From the NCBI GenBank assembly GCA_041391365.1, contig JAWKOC010000001.1:130068-194067 (forward strand): 64,000 nucleotides of DNA, given 5' to 3'. The notes under the pieces were generated by a model. It made no database searches. It was given only the letters and a program-made list of their open reading frames with translations, and was not told where the DNA came from. The position numbers and the translations under genes were made by a program. Shown one piece after another: positions 47,896 through 57,584 of this stretch. The stretch comes from Bdellovibrionota bacterium (lineage in GTDB: Bacteria > Bdellovibrionota_G > JALEGL01 > JAGRMV01). Every line of letters begins with the position of its first letter. Position 1 is the first letter of the stretch.

Positions 47896-48729
47896 GTGGC
47901 AGAAAGAGTGTGTGATGGACCTTCGGCTTCCATGTGCAGGGCTGTACTTCAATCCAATCTACAGTTTCAGTCTCATGCTGCTTTGATGAAAGCTCTCAAT
48001 GTGTTGGCTCTTCCTCCTACAGAAGAAATTCAACAAGGGTACTACACCGACCAAGCCACCGAAAAAGTTGTACAGTTTTTGGAGTTGCACAAAGAACCTT
48101 TCGATCGGGTGGAGTCTGAAACCGGAGTAGATCGAACCATCGTGGCATCGCTTCTTTGGATCGAAACTTTGCTCGGAAGCACAGCCCTCAAAACTTATCC
48201 GACCATCGATAGTTTGGTCAGTTTGGCCGTTTTTTCTGATCCTTCGTTTCGAGCTTGGGCACTGCCTATCCTCGAGAAAGAGGCCACGATCAAAATTGAT
48301 GCTCAAGAGCCGCGAGCCAAGAAACTTGGACTTGTTCAAAAGAAAGTTGAAAGCATCCCATGGGATCAGCGTATGACATCCATCGGCGAGGATTGGGAAA
48401 AACATACAAAGGCCTATTTTGAAATTGCACACATTCTCAAATGGGATGAAACGTTTGCGAGAAGTCGCAGAGGTTCGTGGGCGGGAGCCATAGGATACTC
48501 GCAGTTTATGCCCGCTACACTTTTGCCATATGTCCGAAAAAAATCGTATCAATTGTGGGAATGGTCAGATGCGATTGAATTGACTTCCAAAGAGTTGGCC
48601 AAAAAAGGATTTTCCATGGACATTGAAAAGTCACTCAAGGCCTACAACAGTCCAACCTGGTATCGATCCACGATCCTCAAGCTTCATTCCAAATTGCTTG
48701 CGCTGCAACAAACTTTCGCCAAACGCTGA
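47896..48729 (+). CDS. Lytic murein transglycosylase (MltB/SLT_2-like); true start uncertain
   Basis: The catalytic-Glu context is SLLWIETLLG, and GAIGYSQFMPAT is present. The ORF-track GTG 47896 start removes an in-frame upstream signal-peptide-like stretch; see findings. Confidence 0.7.
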   Translation: MAERVCDGPSASMCRAVLQSNLQFQSHAALMKALNVLALPPTEEIQQGYYTDQATEKVVQFLELHKEPFDRVESETGVDRTIVASLLWIETLLGSTALKTYPTIDSLVSLAVFSDPSFRAWALPILEKEATIKIDAQEPRAKKLGLVQKKVESIPWDQRMTSIGEDWEKHTKAYFEIAHILKWDETFARSRRGSWAGAIGYSQFMPATLLPYVRKKSYQLWEWSDAIELTSKELAKKGFSMDIEKSLKAYNSPTWYRSTILKLHSKLLALQQTFAKR

Positions 48730-48732
48730 GGT

Positions 48733-51201
48733 TTATTTTCTTTCGGATTTGGAATCCAGCAAAAACAAAACCGTCGGCATGAAAAACAGTCCCGAGACAA
48801 TGCACGCGATCTCTCCGAGTAGTGCCAACCAGCCAAAGGAAGCCAGGGCTTGACTGGATGCTTCGGTCAAAGAAACATATCCAATGATGGTGGTCACAGA
48901 ACACAATGCCACTGCACCTCCCAAGGAGTGGAGAACTTTTTCTACGGATTGATAACCTTCTTCTTTGTATCGAAGATAAAAATTCACTCCATAGTCTACG
49001 CCGATTCCAAACGTCACGGGAAGAGCAATGAAATTGAAAAAATTGAGTTTGATGTTCAGAACGGATTCCATGCCCATCATAAAAATCATTCCCATCAAAA
49101 GTCCTGACAAAACATACGTCATGGCTGCAACGTTTCTCAAGTTGAGAAAAACAAGAAAAGAAACAAACAAAAATGAAATCAAGGTTGTGAGGGGGCCATC
49201 TTTTTTCACGGCCCTCAGAAGATCAGCAAAAATAGCAGACTCCCCTGACATTCGAACGGTCGTATCTTTGTCCAATCGAATGTTCGAAAGAGCGTCAGAA
49301 AATTGCATGAGTTTTTTTCCGTTGTTGAGATTTGCCGTATGTTTGGGAAAAACATACACCATCTTGCCTGTGGTTCCATCGAGTTCTGAGAATTTTCTTC
49401 GAATGCTTGGGGGCAGGTTCTCCGCTGTGACTTTTGGTAGGTTCACAGCTTTTTTGAAGTCTTCCAGTTCTTCTTTGTATTTGCCTTTGACGAATCCCAA
49501 GGAATTGTCCTGCAGAAGACCTCTCAGCTCTTTGTGAACTTCCATTTTTTCATCTTGCTCGATGGGAAGGTAGGAATCCAAGGTCGAGCAAGATGCAATC
49601 GTCCGTTCACTCTCTGGAAAAGCTTTTTCCTGTTGCATGACTTTTTCACAGATATCTCCGGGTTGTTTGTCTTTGGGAATCAACAACACCGATGGAGTCA
49701 GACTGTCTGGAAAAATTTCTTTCATGCGTGAGTCGACACGATCTTCCTGCGCATCTTTTTTGTATTCAGTTTTCAATTTTGAGAAGTCGTATTCAAGGGA
49801 ATCGGGTAGAAAAAGCGATGTGCGAAAAATGCAGAAACAAACCAAAATAGATCCAATGGCAATGATCAGAATCGGTTTGGAACGGATGGCGACATACACT
49901 TTGTCAAAAAACGATGTCCACTGTCCAGGACCTTTGCTTCCATCTTGAATGGAAGGAATCAGGTTTTCACACCATTGAATCAGAGGGGGCAAAAACACAT
50001 AGCTTGCAATCCAACAAAGCATCATCCCGATGCCTCCGATGAATCCAAAGTGGCTAAATCCTTTGATTTCGGAGAAGCCAAGGGCTGCAAAAGCCATGCT
50101 GGTTGTGATGGCTGCGATGAACGTGGGTTTGTAGGTAAGCATCACAGCCTTTTCCAACGCTTGGGTGGCTGGCAGCCCCTTTTTTCGATGTTCAAAAAAT
50201 GAAGCGAACAAAAGAATTCCCGTGTTCACTCCGTTGCCAATGATGATGCTCCCCAAGAAAGCAGTTTGGGAATTCAAATAACCAATCACGAGTTTTGATA
50301 TGCCAAAGGTCCATGCGGTTCCAACGGCCAAGGTCAAGCTGAGCAAAATGATGACACGCACTCTGAAAAAATACAAAAACAACGAAAGAGCCACGCAGAA
50401 AAAACATATGGCCAAGGTGGATACCACATCCGTGATCAACTGAGAGTATTGTGTCAAAACCCTCTGGTACTTTCCTCGATAGTAAATCTTCATGCTAGGG
50501 TCATAGGATGTGGGATTGAGCTTTTCGATTTTTTTTTCAACCTCCGCGATGAGTTTTTTCGAAAAACCCACACCCGTGGCCGTTCCGAAGGGTTGGATGA
50601 GCATCACAGCCATTTTCTGATCTTTGGAAAAAAAATACCCATCGATGTAGGTATCGTAGCCAGAAGTTTCATGTTCGTATTTTTTTTCGATGTCAGAAAG
50701 ATCAAACTCTACTTTCTCCTCTTCCAACTCGAAAAAGAATGGATTTTGTTTGAGTTTTTCATACTCGATTTTTCGTTTCAGCCGATCTCGAATGGTTTTC
50801 AGATCGGCCAAGTCCACATAGAAATATCGATTTTCGGTATAAAAATCTTTTACATCGGTAACGTTGTATTCCAAAAAGCGAACATATTGTTCGGGAAGGG
50901 ACGACAGTTCTATGGCCAGATCATGGATGAACGTTTCGATGGCCAAGGGTTGGTTAGCCTCTACAGCAACAATCAAAGTTCCCAATCCACCAACACGATC
51001 GACAAGTTCGTCGAGGGTCTTCACGCTGGGTTTGTTTTGAGGAAGAAGATTCTTGAAATCGTTGCGAACTGTAAGTTGAAAACAAAGATAAAGGCTCGGA
51101 ATGAGGGTAAGCGAGATCCACAACACCGACTTTTTTGGGTGTCGAAGGATGCAGAGCAAAAGGCTCTCGATCCACTGTTGCAAAGCTTTCCGGCTCATCA
51201 T
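48733..51201 (-). CDS. MMPL/RND-superfamily exporter (two 6-TM bundles, HpnN/COG1033-like)
   Basis: This 822-aa ORF has a duplicated architecture of TM1, a large loop and five TM helices. Its composition is typical of MMPL-domain exporters. Confidence 0.8.
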   Translation of the reverse strand: MMSRKALQQWIESLLLCILRHPKKSVLWISLTLIPSLYLCFQLTVRNDFKNLLPQNKPSVKTLDELVDRVGGLGTLIVAVEANQPLAIETFIHDLAIELSSLPEQYVRFLEYNVTDVKDFYTENRYFYVDLADLKTIRDRLKRKIEYEKLKQNPFFFELEEEKVEFDLSDIEKKYEHETSGYDTYIDGYFFSKDQKMAVMLIQPFGTATGVGFSKKLIAEVEKKIEKLNPTSYDPSMKIYYRGKYQRVLTQYSQLITDVVSTLAICFFCVALSLFLYFFRVRVIILLSLTLAVGTAWTFGISKLVIGYLNSQTAFLGSIIIGNGVNTGILLFASFFEHRKKGLPATQALEKAVMLTYKPTFIAAITTSMAFAALGFSEIKGFSHFGFIGGIGMMLCWIASYVFLPPLIQWCENLIPSIQDGSKGPGQWTSFFDKVYVAIRSKPILIIAIGSILVCFCIFRTSLFLPDSLEYDFSKLKTEYKKDAQEDRVDSRMKEIFPDSLTPSVLLIPKDKQPGDICEKVMQQEKAFPESERTIASCSTLDSYLPIEQDEKMEVHKELRGLLQDNSLGFVKGKYKEELEDFKKAVNLPKVTAENLPPSIRRKFSELDGTTGKMVYVFPKHTANLNNGKKLMQFSDALSNIRLDKDTTVRMSGESAIFADLLRAVKKDGPLTTLISFLFVSFLVFLNLRNVAAMTYVLSGLLMGMIFMMGMESVLNIKLNFFNFIALPVTFGIGVDYGVNFYLRYKEEGYQSVEKVLHSLGGAVALCSVTTIIGYVSLTEASSQALASFGWLALLGEIACIVSGLFFMPTVLFLLDSKSERK

Positions 51202-51262
51202 GGGGGAAAATCGTCATATCATTAGTTTTGTGTTTTTGGAAAAATTTGATATTCGCGTGTCG

Positions 51263-52666
51263 ATGAAACGATTTGATTTGGCCCAAACCTTAGATCATTA
51301 CCGCGGAAAGAATTTTGAGCTGCACTCGCAGTACATCAATCCGGCATTTGCCAAGGTGCTCAAAATCATCGGGTTTGATCGATTTTATGCGTCTGGCAAG
51401 GGGCAATATTTGGTAGATCAGCAGGGAAACCAGTACCTGGATTTTTTGGCAGGGTATGGAGTGTTCAATTTGGGGCGCAATCATCCCTATGTCAATGATG
51501 CCCTGACCCAACTTCTTGAGATGGACTTTCCGAACCTGGTCAAAATGCATGCTTCCGAATTGGCGGGAGTGTTGGCCAAGATGCTTGTGGAAAAAACACC
51601 GGGTCGACACGAGAAGAGAGTTTATTTTGGAAGCTCAGGCTCTGAGGCCGTGGAGACAGCATTGAAGTTTTGTCGTGCTGCAACGGGTCGGCACAAAACA
51701 CTCTATTTGAAAGGTTCTTACCATGGATTGACCTATGGTTCGTTGTCGGTCACCGCGGATCATCATTTTCGTGATGGGTTCGGTCCGTTGCTCCCCGAAT
51801 CCAAAGCCATTGAACGCAATGACATGAAAGCCCTGGAGCAAGAGCTCTCGACCAAGCAGTACTCCTGCTTTATTGTGGAGCCCATTCAGGGCAAGGGAGT
51901 GTATGTTCTGGACGATAGCTATTTGATGTACGCCAAAGAGTTGTGTGAGCGTTATGGGACCTATTTCGTGGCGGATGAAATTCAAACGGGGATGGGACGT
52001 AGCGGAAAATTCTTGGCCATTGACTACAGTGAAGTGATTCCTGATCTTGTATTGTTGTCAAAATCGCTTTCCGGTGGACAGGTTCCTGTCTCGGCCGTGA
52101 TTGGAAAAGCAGAAATTTTTGATCGTGTGTTCAGCTCATTGGATCGCTGCGTGGTGCATTCCAATACATTTAGTCAAAATGCGATGGCCATGGTGGCAGG
52201 GATTGCAAGTTTGCAGGTTTTGGAAAACGATGCCTTGATCGAAAATTCCTTTCAAATGGGACAGCTTCTCAAAAATGAATTGATCGCGCGTATCGATCGA
52301 TTTGAATTGATGTCCACTGTGAGAGGAAGAGGTCTTCTCTTGGCCATTGAGTTCGGGCGTCCCAAGTCTCTCAAACTCAAACTGGGATGGGATCTTCTCC
52401 ACAAAGCAGATCAAGGTTTGTTCAGTCAGGCCATCGTGATGCCTTTGATGGATGAGCACTATATTTTGACGCAGGTAGCAGGTCACGAAATGGATGTCAT
52501 CAAGTTGTCTCCTCCCTTGTGCCTGAACCAGAAAGATGTAGAACGCTTCTTGGCCAGTTTTGATCAGGTCATGGAGGATTGTCATCGCTTTCCTGGACCC
52601 ATCTGGGATGTAGGGTCAAGACTGATCAAACACTCTTTGAAAAAAGAAATGACGCAGCCTGCCTGA
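51263..52666 (+). CDS. Class III (omega/acetylornithine-type) pyridoxal-phosphate aminotransferase
   Basis: This is the 3' part of ORF 51101..52666. The start was chosen at MKRFDLAQ (ATG 51263). Motifs seen: GSSGSEAVETALK, ADEIQTGMGRSGK, LLSKSLSGG (Lys for PLP). Confidence 0.85.
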   Translation: MKRFDLAQTLDHYRGKNFELHSQYINPAFAKVLKIIGFDRFYASGKGQYLVDQQGNQYLDFLAGYGVFNLGRNHPYVNDALTQLLEMDFPNLVKMHASELAGVLAKMLVEKTPGRHEKRVYFGSSGSEAVETALKFCRAATGRHKTLYLKGSYHGLTYGSLSVTADHHFRDGFGPLLPESKAIERNDMKALEQELSTKQYSCFIVEPIQGKGVYVLDDSYLMYAKELCERYGTYFVADEIQTGMGRSGKFLAIDYSEVIPDLVLLSKSLSGGQVPVSAVIGKAEIFDRVFSSLDRCVVHSNTFSQNAMAMVAGIASLQVLENDALIENSFQMGQLLKNELIARIDRFELMSTVRGRGLLLAIEFGRPKSLKLKLGWDLLHKADQGLFSQAIVMPLMDEHYILTQVAGHEMDVIKLSPPLCLNQKDVERFLASFDQVMEDCHRFPGPIWDVGSRLIKHSLKKEMTQPA

Positions 52667-52683
52667 TGAACAGATTTTGGCAA

Positions 52684-52720
52684 AAAAGTTAACTTCCGTT
52701 TCAGATGTAACTTTTTTTTC
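52684..52720 (+). terminator. Possible weak rho-independent terminator after the aminotransferase
   Basis: An 8-bp AT-rich stem (AAAAGTTA / TAACTTTT) with a 16-nt loop is followed by a T-run. Confidence 0.35.
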
Positions 52721-52886
52721 TTTTTTCCTTCGTTATTTTTTTCTATAATAGTAACACACAGTTAGATCTTGTTTGGTTTTGTCCGTTTTGTTTTGGTGCC
52801 TTGGATAGGTGGCTGGATGATCGATTTGTTTTTGCACCTCACACAGAAGGGAAAAAACTCCATGTTTCAAAAAAAGGAATCAGCAG

Positions 52887-54497
52887 ATGATTGAAGAAGA
52901 AAAAGAATCGGGCAGTTCGGTAGACTGGGAGCAGGTCAAATCCCTTCGAGTCACACGCAAAATCGTTGATGCGCTCACAAACTTGGAAGTGAAATCGCTG
53001 TTTTTGACTCCTTCCAATCGGCGCAAGGATGCGCGAAAAAAATATCTTGGGTATGGCTCCCGAAAAATGCTCTCCCATGCGCAGTCTCCCTTTTCGTTTC
53101 ATGAGAATCCTGCACTGATCGATATCATTGCCAAAGATGCCAAAGCCTATGAAAGTTATCAAGATAGCTGCATTCAAGTCGTGGACGATGCGATCGGAAC
53201 CGGCGGAGTCGTGAGCCTTCAAGATCACTTTGGCCTGCAACATCAAGCCATAGCCATCAAGGTCAAAGGGGATGTTGTGGGAGTCATTCGTTGTGGTGAT
53301 TACATTCCTGGCAAAGTGGATGATTTGACCGTGGCAAAGATTTCAGAAAATTTTCTTCCCTATCATGTGGGGCAAGATGAAGTCGTTTCGGCCATTCGCA
53401 AACTTCCCTTTTTTACCAGTGAAAAAGTTGCCGTGATTCAAAACCTTCTGGAAATGCTTGCAGGTGAAATTGGTGTGTATTTGGAAGAAGGTGAGAGCGA
53501 GGAAGTTAAGGGGGAAAACGAAAAATTCAACTTCGATGGCTTGATCACCAAGAGTCCTATGATTTTGGACATCATCAACCAAATCAAACTCATCGGCTCC
53601 TCTGATAGTTCAGTCATCATTTACGGAGAGTCAGGAACAGGAAAAGAACTTGTTGCCAATTTGATTCACAAACAGTCCAAGAGACTTGGCAAACCCTTTG
53701 TGACGATCAACTGCGCAGCGCTGACAGAAACCATTTTGGAGGCGGAACTTTTTGGTTATCGAAAAGGTGCGTTTACCGGTGCCGTAGCCGACAAAAAAGG
53801 TCTATTCGAAGTCGCTGACAGCGGAACCGTTTTTCTGGATGAAGTTGGAGAGATGTCTTTGTCCTTGCAGGTAAAGATCTTGAGACTCATTCAAGAAGGC
53901 ACCTTTATGAGAGTGGGAGACACAGAGATGCGTAAGGTGAATGTGCGCATCATCTCTGCAACCCACAGAGACTTGAGAAAATTTATCGAAATGGGCAAGT
54001 TTCGGGAAGACTTGTATTATCGATTGGCCGTTGTGGAGTTGACTCTTCCTCCTCTTCGCGATCGAACCGAAGACATTCCCATTTTGATCAATCATTTTTT
54101 GGATTACTTTGGAAAGAAAACCTCCAAACATGGAATCAAAATTTCCCAGGAGGTGATGAAAATTTTCTCCGAGTATTATTGGCCCGGAAACATCCGCGAA
54201 CTTCGCAATGAGATTGAAAGAGTCGTTGCGCTTAAACCAGGAAACTCGTTGGTCAAACCCAAGGATCTTTCGAAAAAGTTTTTCTATGAAACCTATCCCG
54301 AAGGAATCCAAGTAGGAGATGAAGACGAGGAAGGTTTTATCAAGAGATTGGTGGATGAGTTCGAAAAAAGCCTTCTTTCAAAGTATCTGAGAAAGCACAA
54401 ATGGAACAAAACCAAAGTGGCCCGTCTTTGTGGAATCACAAGGCAGGGTTTGAACAAAAAAATTTCGAAGTATCGTCTTGATCGAAGAAGAATATGA
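52887..54497 (+). CDS. Sigma-54-dependent transcriptional activator (bEBP) with a non-receiver, PocR-like N-terminal sensor domain
   Basis: The AAA+ core has GESGTGKE, GAFTGA, and ESELFGY-like AELFGYRKG. The C-terminal Fis-type HTH reads WNKTKVARLCGITRQGL. The N-terminal ~210 aa have no receiver Asp pocket; the PocR resemblance (GDVVGVIRCGDY...) is tentative. Confidence 0.85.
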   Translation: MIEEEKESGSSVDWEQVKSLRVTRKIVDALTNLEVKSLFLTPSNRRKDARKKYLGYGSRKMLSHAQSPFSFHENPALIDIIAKDAKAYESYQDSCIQVVDDAIGTGGVVSLQDHFGLQHQAIAIKVKGDVVGVIRCGDYIPGKVDDLTVAKISENFLPYHVGQDEVVSAIRKLPFFTSEKVAVIQNLLEMLAGEIGVYLEEGESEEVKGENEKFNFDGLITKSPMILDIINQIKLIGSSDSSVIIYGESGTGKELVANLIHKQSKRLGKPFVTINCAALTETILEAELFGYRKGAFTGAVADKKGLFEVADSGTVFLDEVGEMSLSLQVKILRLIQEGTFMRVGDTEMRKVNVRIISATHRDLRKFIEMGKFREDLYYRLAVVELTLPPLRDRTEDIPILINHFLDYFGKKTSKHGIKISQEVMKIFSEYYWPGNIRELRNEIERVVALKPGNSLVKPKDLSKKFFYETYPEGIQVGDEDEEGFIKRLVDEFEKSLLSKYLRKHKWNKTKVARLCGITRQGLNKKISKYRLDRRRI

Positions 54498-55288
54498 TCG
54501 TGCTTCAGCAATCTTTTCATGATGAAGAGTTGTTGTTGAATGCCTTTCCCAAGCGCATTGTTTCTCTGGTTCCAAGCATGAGCGAAAGTTTTTTGCACAT
54601 GGGAGGTCTGCTGGTGGGTCGTACTTCCTTTTGCATTGAACCAAAGTCTATGGTTGCATCGATTCCGGCTGTGGGTGGAACCAAAACCCCGAGTTTATCC
54701 AAAATTTTGGCTCTCAAACCAGATCTGATTTTGGCGAATCAAGAGGAAAATCTTCGGGAGCATGTAGAAACCCTGTCGAAAGATGTTCCTGTGTGGGTAA
54801 GTTTTCCACAGACGGTTTCGGAGTCTCTTGCGGTTCTTCATCAAATGAAACAGCTTGTGCAGAATCGACAACATGCCCAAGAAAGGATTGCGGAGCTCGA
54901 AGACTTTCTGACCATGAGAAAAGATCATTCCTTTCGTCCAAAGGTTGCCGTTGCGATCTGGAAAAACCCTTGGATGTTTGCGGGCAAGGATACCTACATT
55001 TCTCATGTTGTGGAGGCCAGTGGTGGAGAAACTGTGATCCAAGAGCGAAGATATCCCACCATGGATATCGAAGACTGTCTTTCTTTGGAACCAGATCTTG
55101 TGATTTTGCCCAGTGAGCCTTATGCTTTTGGTCACCAAGATCAAATAGAGTTGCAGCAAGTTTGCGCGGATCGTCAAATTAACGTGGCGTGTTTTTGTGG
55201 AGAAGATTTGACATGGCCAGGTTTGAGGTTGGCCAACGCCATGAGGTCACTTCAAACTCTTTTTGTTTCTTGCCGAAGCAGTGGATAA
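54494..55288 (+). CDS. Peripla_BP_2 (BtuF / cobalamin- or siderophore-binding-like) protein without a signal peptide
   Basis: ATGA overlap with the bEBP stop. The pattern is RIVSLVPSMSESFL..GG..VGRT..C......IP.VGGTK.PSLSKILALKPDLILAN. No N-terminal hydrophobic segment is present. Confidence 0.65.
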   Translation: MIVLQQSFHDEELLLNAFPKRIVSLVPSMSESFLHMGGLLVGRTSFCIEPKSMVASIPAVGGTKTPSLSKILALKPDLILANQEENLREHVETLSKDVPVWVSFPQTVSESLAVLHQMKQLVQNRQHAQERIAELEDFLTMRKDHSFRPKVAVAIWKNPWMFAGKDTYISHVVEASGGETVIQERRYPTMDIEDCLSLEPDLVILPSEPYAFGHQDQIELQQVCADRQINVACFCGEDLTWPGLRLANAMRSLQTLFVSCRSSG

Positions 55289-55291
55289 CGT

Positions 55292-57514
55292 ATGGAAACC
55301 CTAAAGTTTGGAAAATATCTTCTGATCGAAAAAATTGCCGCAGGTGGTATGGCGGAGATTTACAAAGCCATCGGAAAAACGGCACAGCATGAAGAACGAC
55401 TGATTGCCATCAAACGCATTTTGCCCGAGTTTTCTTCCGATGATGAATTCATCTCTTTGCTCAAAGATGAAGCCCAGCTGATGGTGTACTTGAACCATCC
55501 CAACATTGTTCCTATTGTTGAGTTTGGAAAAGTGGAGGCTCAGTATTACATTGCCATGGAATATGTGGAAGGCACAACCTTAAAAGGGTTGTTGCAGAAA
55601 GTTCGAGCCTCTCATCAATTCTTTACAATCGACATGGCCGTTCATGTGGTTCGTGAAATTGCCACAGGTCTTGGTTACGCTCATCGAAAGACTGACAAAG
55701 ATGGCAAACCTTTGAACATTGTTCATCGAGATATCAGCCCTTCGAACATTTTGCTTTCGTTTGATGGAGAAGTCAAAGTCGCCGATTTTGGGATTTCCAA
55801 AGCACAAACCCAGAGTCATCGAACTCAAGTGGGAATCATTCGGGGAAAAACTGGATACATGTCTCCCGAGCAAGCTCAGTCAGGAACGAAGATTGATCAT
55901 CGAAGTGATTTGTTTTCTCTTGGAATCATTTTCTATGAACTGCTTACGGGTCGAAGGCTTTTTCAGGCAGAATCCATTCCTGAAGCACTCAAACTTGCAA
56001 GAGAAGCAAAAGTCGAGCCCATCAGTTCCATTCGTCCTGAAGTTCCGATTGAGTTAGAAAAAATTGTTCTGAAAATTTTGCGCAAAGATGCAGAGGATCG
56101 ATTTCAGACGGCGGAAGATATTGTAGATAAGCTCAATGAGTTTTTGTCGAGGTTCAATCCCAAAGGTCGACCCATTCGAATCACGCACATGGATTTGGTT
56201 GGATTTTTGGGGAGATATTTTCGAGAAGAGATGGCCAAGTCATCGAGTGTGTATCTTGGCTTGTATGATCAGATGTTTCCCCTTCAAGGATCGGTTTCTC
56301 CCAAAAGTCCGGTGGGGTCTCAATTCACAGAGACTTTGGTGACCAATCCTTTTTATGAAATGAGTCAGGCAGAAAGACTCATCGACAAAGCCACCAGTGC
56401 TGTGATCACAGATGAAGTAGAGCCCGAGGAAGATCCAGAGCGAACCGATGCACAAGATCATGGTCAAAAAACTCAGCCCATCGAAGATCTTCCGCAAGAG
56501 TCTTCCCACGAAGTCATTTATTCAAGAGAAAGCGAATCCATAAGCAATGCTGGACCGACGTCACCTCTTGCACACTTTGAGCTACGAAAAAAAAGATCTT
56601 CAGGAATCACATTCAATCTGAAAGTGACCAAGAAAAAGCTCATAGGATTTGGTGTCGGAGCTTTGGTATTGTCTGTCTCTAGTTTTTTTGCAGTCAAAGC
56701 AATCATTGCCAACAAGATCAACACAAAAATCACCCATCAATCCGCAACCCATGCAGGCCCTTTGTTTTTGACCATTACTTCTACTCCCAGTGAAGCAGAG
56801 ATTTTTATCGATGGAGTGTTGCAAGATTTTAAAACCCCGAGTGTGTTTGAATTTGATTCGCTCAAGGTTCTAACCGTTGAGGTTCGCAAGGAAGGCTTTT
56901 TGGCTGATCGTCGAATCATTCAGGAACCTCAACAAAGAGAACGTATAGACTTTGTATTGGAACCCGAAGCAGTCGTCAAACCTGTCTCAGGTCAAATGTC
57001 GTTGGATCTCTATAGCAATCCATCGGAGGCGAACGTGTTTGTCAACGGTGTTGATACGTCCAAAACGACACCCACGACCTTGCAGCTAGAACTAGGCAGT
57101 GATTATCGAATCACACTCAAAAAAAATGGATTTGACGAACGAAGCACCTTGATCACAGCCAATCAGGCCGTGAGCATTGAACGAAGTTTTACCTTGACCC
57201 AAAAATCTGAAGAGAAAAAACCTTCGCCTGCTCCAAAACCCAAGGAAGCGCCCAAACCGGCTCCCGCACCAAAGCCATTGGTTGCTGGAACGCTCAACAT
57301 CAGTTCCACTCCATGGGCCAATGTGGTGATTTCAGGCAAAGTGATCGGACAGACACCTTTGATCGGATACACCTTGCCCGAAGGAAAATATGATTTGATT
57401 CTGGTGAACAAAGATTTAAAGCTCGGACCGACAACCTTGAAAGTGCAAATCAAGCCCAAACAAAAAACCGTGTGTGTGTACCGATTCGAAGATGGTCAGG
57501 GTCAATGCAATTGA
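55292..57514 (+). CDS. Membrane Ser/Thr protein kinase with extracytoplasmic PEGA repeats
   Basis: The Hanks kinase motifs are GGMAEIYKA, AIKRI, HRDISPSN, DFGISK, and GYMSPEQ. One TM helix (LIGFGVGALVLSVSSFFAVKAII) is followed by repeated SEAEIFIDGV / SEANVFVNGV / WANVVISGK..LPEGKYDL units and a Pro/Ala/Lys linker. Confidence 0.85.
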   Translation: METLKFGKYLLIEKIAAGGMAEIYKAIGKTAQHEERLIAIKRILPEFSSDDEFISLLKDEAQLMVYLNHPNIVPIVEFGKVEAQYYIAMEYVEGTTLKGLLQKVRASHQFFTIDMAVHVVREIATGLGYAHRKTDKDGKPLNIVHRDISPSNILLSFDGEVKVADFGISKAQTQSHRTQVGIIRGKTGYMSPEQAQSGTKIDHRSDLFSLGIIFYELLTGRRLFQAESIPEALKLAREAKVEPISSIRPEVPIELEKIVLKILRKDAEDRFQTAEDIVDKLNEFLSRFNPKGRPIRITHMDLVGFLGRYFREEMAKSSSVYLGLYDQMFPLQGSVSPKSPVGSQFTETLVTNPFYEMSQAERLIDKATSAVITDEVEPEEDPERTDAQDHGQKTQPIEDLPQESSHEVIYSRESESISNAGPTSPLAHFELRKKRSSGITFNLKVTKKKLIGFGVGALVLSVSSFFAVKAIIANKINTKITHQSATHAGPLFLTITSTPSEAEIFIDGVLQDFKTPSVFEFDSLKVLTVEVRKEGFLADRRIIQEPQQRERIDFVLEPEAVVKPVSGQMSLDLYSNPSEANVFVNGVDTSKTTPTTLQLELGSDYRITLKKNGFDERSTLITANQAVSIERSFTLTQKSEEKKPSPAPKPKEAPKPAPAPKPLVAGTLNISSTPWANVVISGKVIGQTPLIGYTLPEGKYDLILVNKDLKLGPTTLKVQIKPKQKTVCVYRFEDGQGQCN

Positions 57515-57584
57515 GGTATATTTTTTTTTACCCTTTGAGGAGGGTTGTCCGCCGATCCACGCGCTTTGACAACTTCAAACCACA

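Noticed and set aside
52678-52693. A sigma-54 promoter candidate (TGGCAaaaaagTTaac) upstream of the bEBP gene, plus several TGGCAC hits elsewhere (for example inside the ccp, katG, nhaC and nadE genes).
   Set aside because: None has the TTGC(A/T) -12 element at the correct 5-nt spacing, and most are intragenic. No convincing sigma-54 promoter was found in the window.
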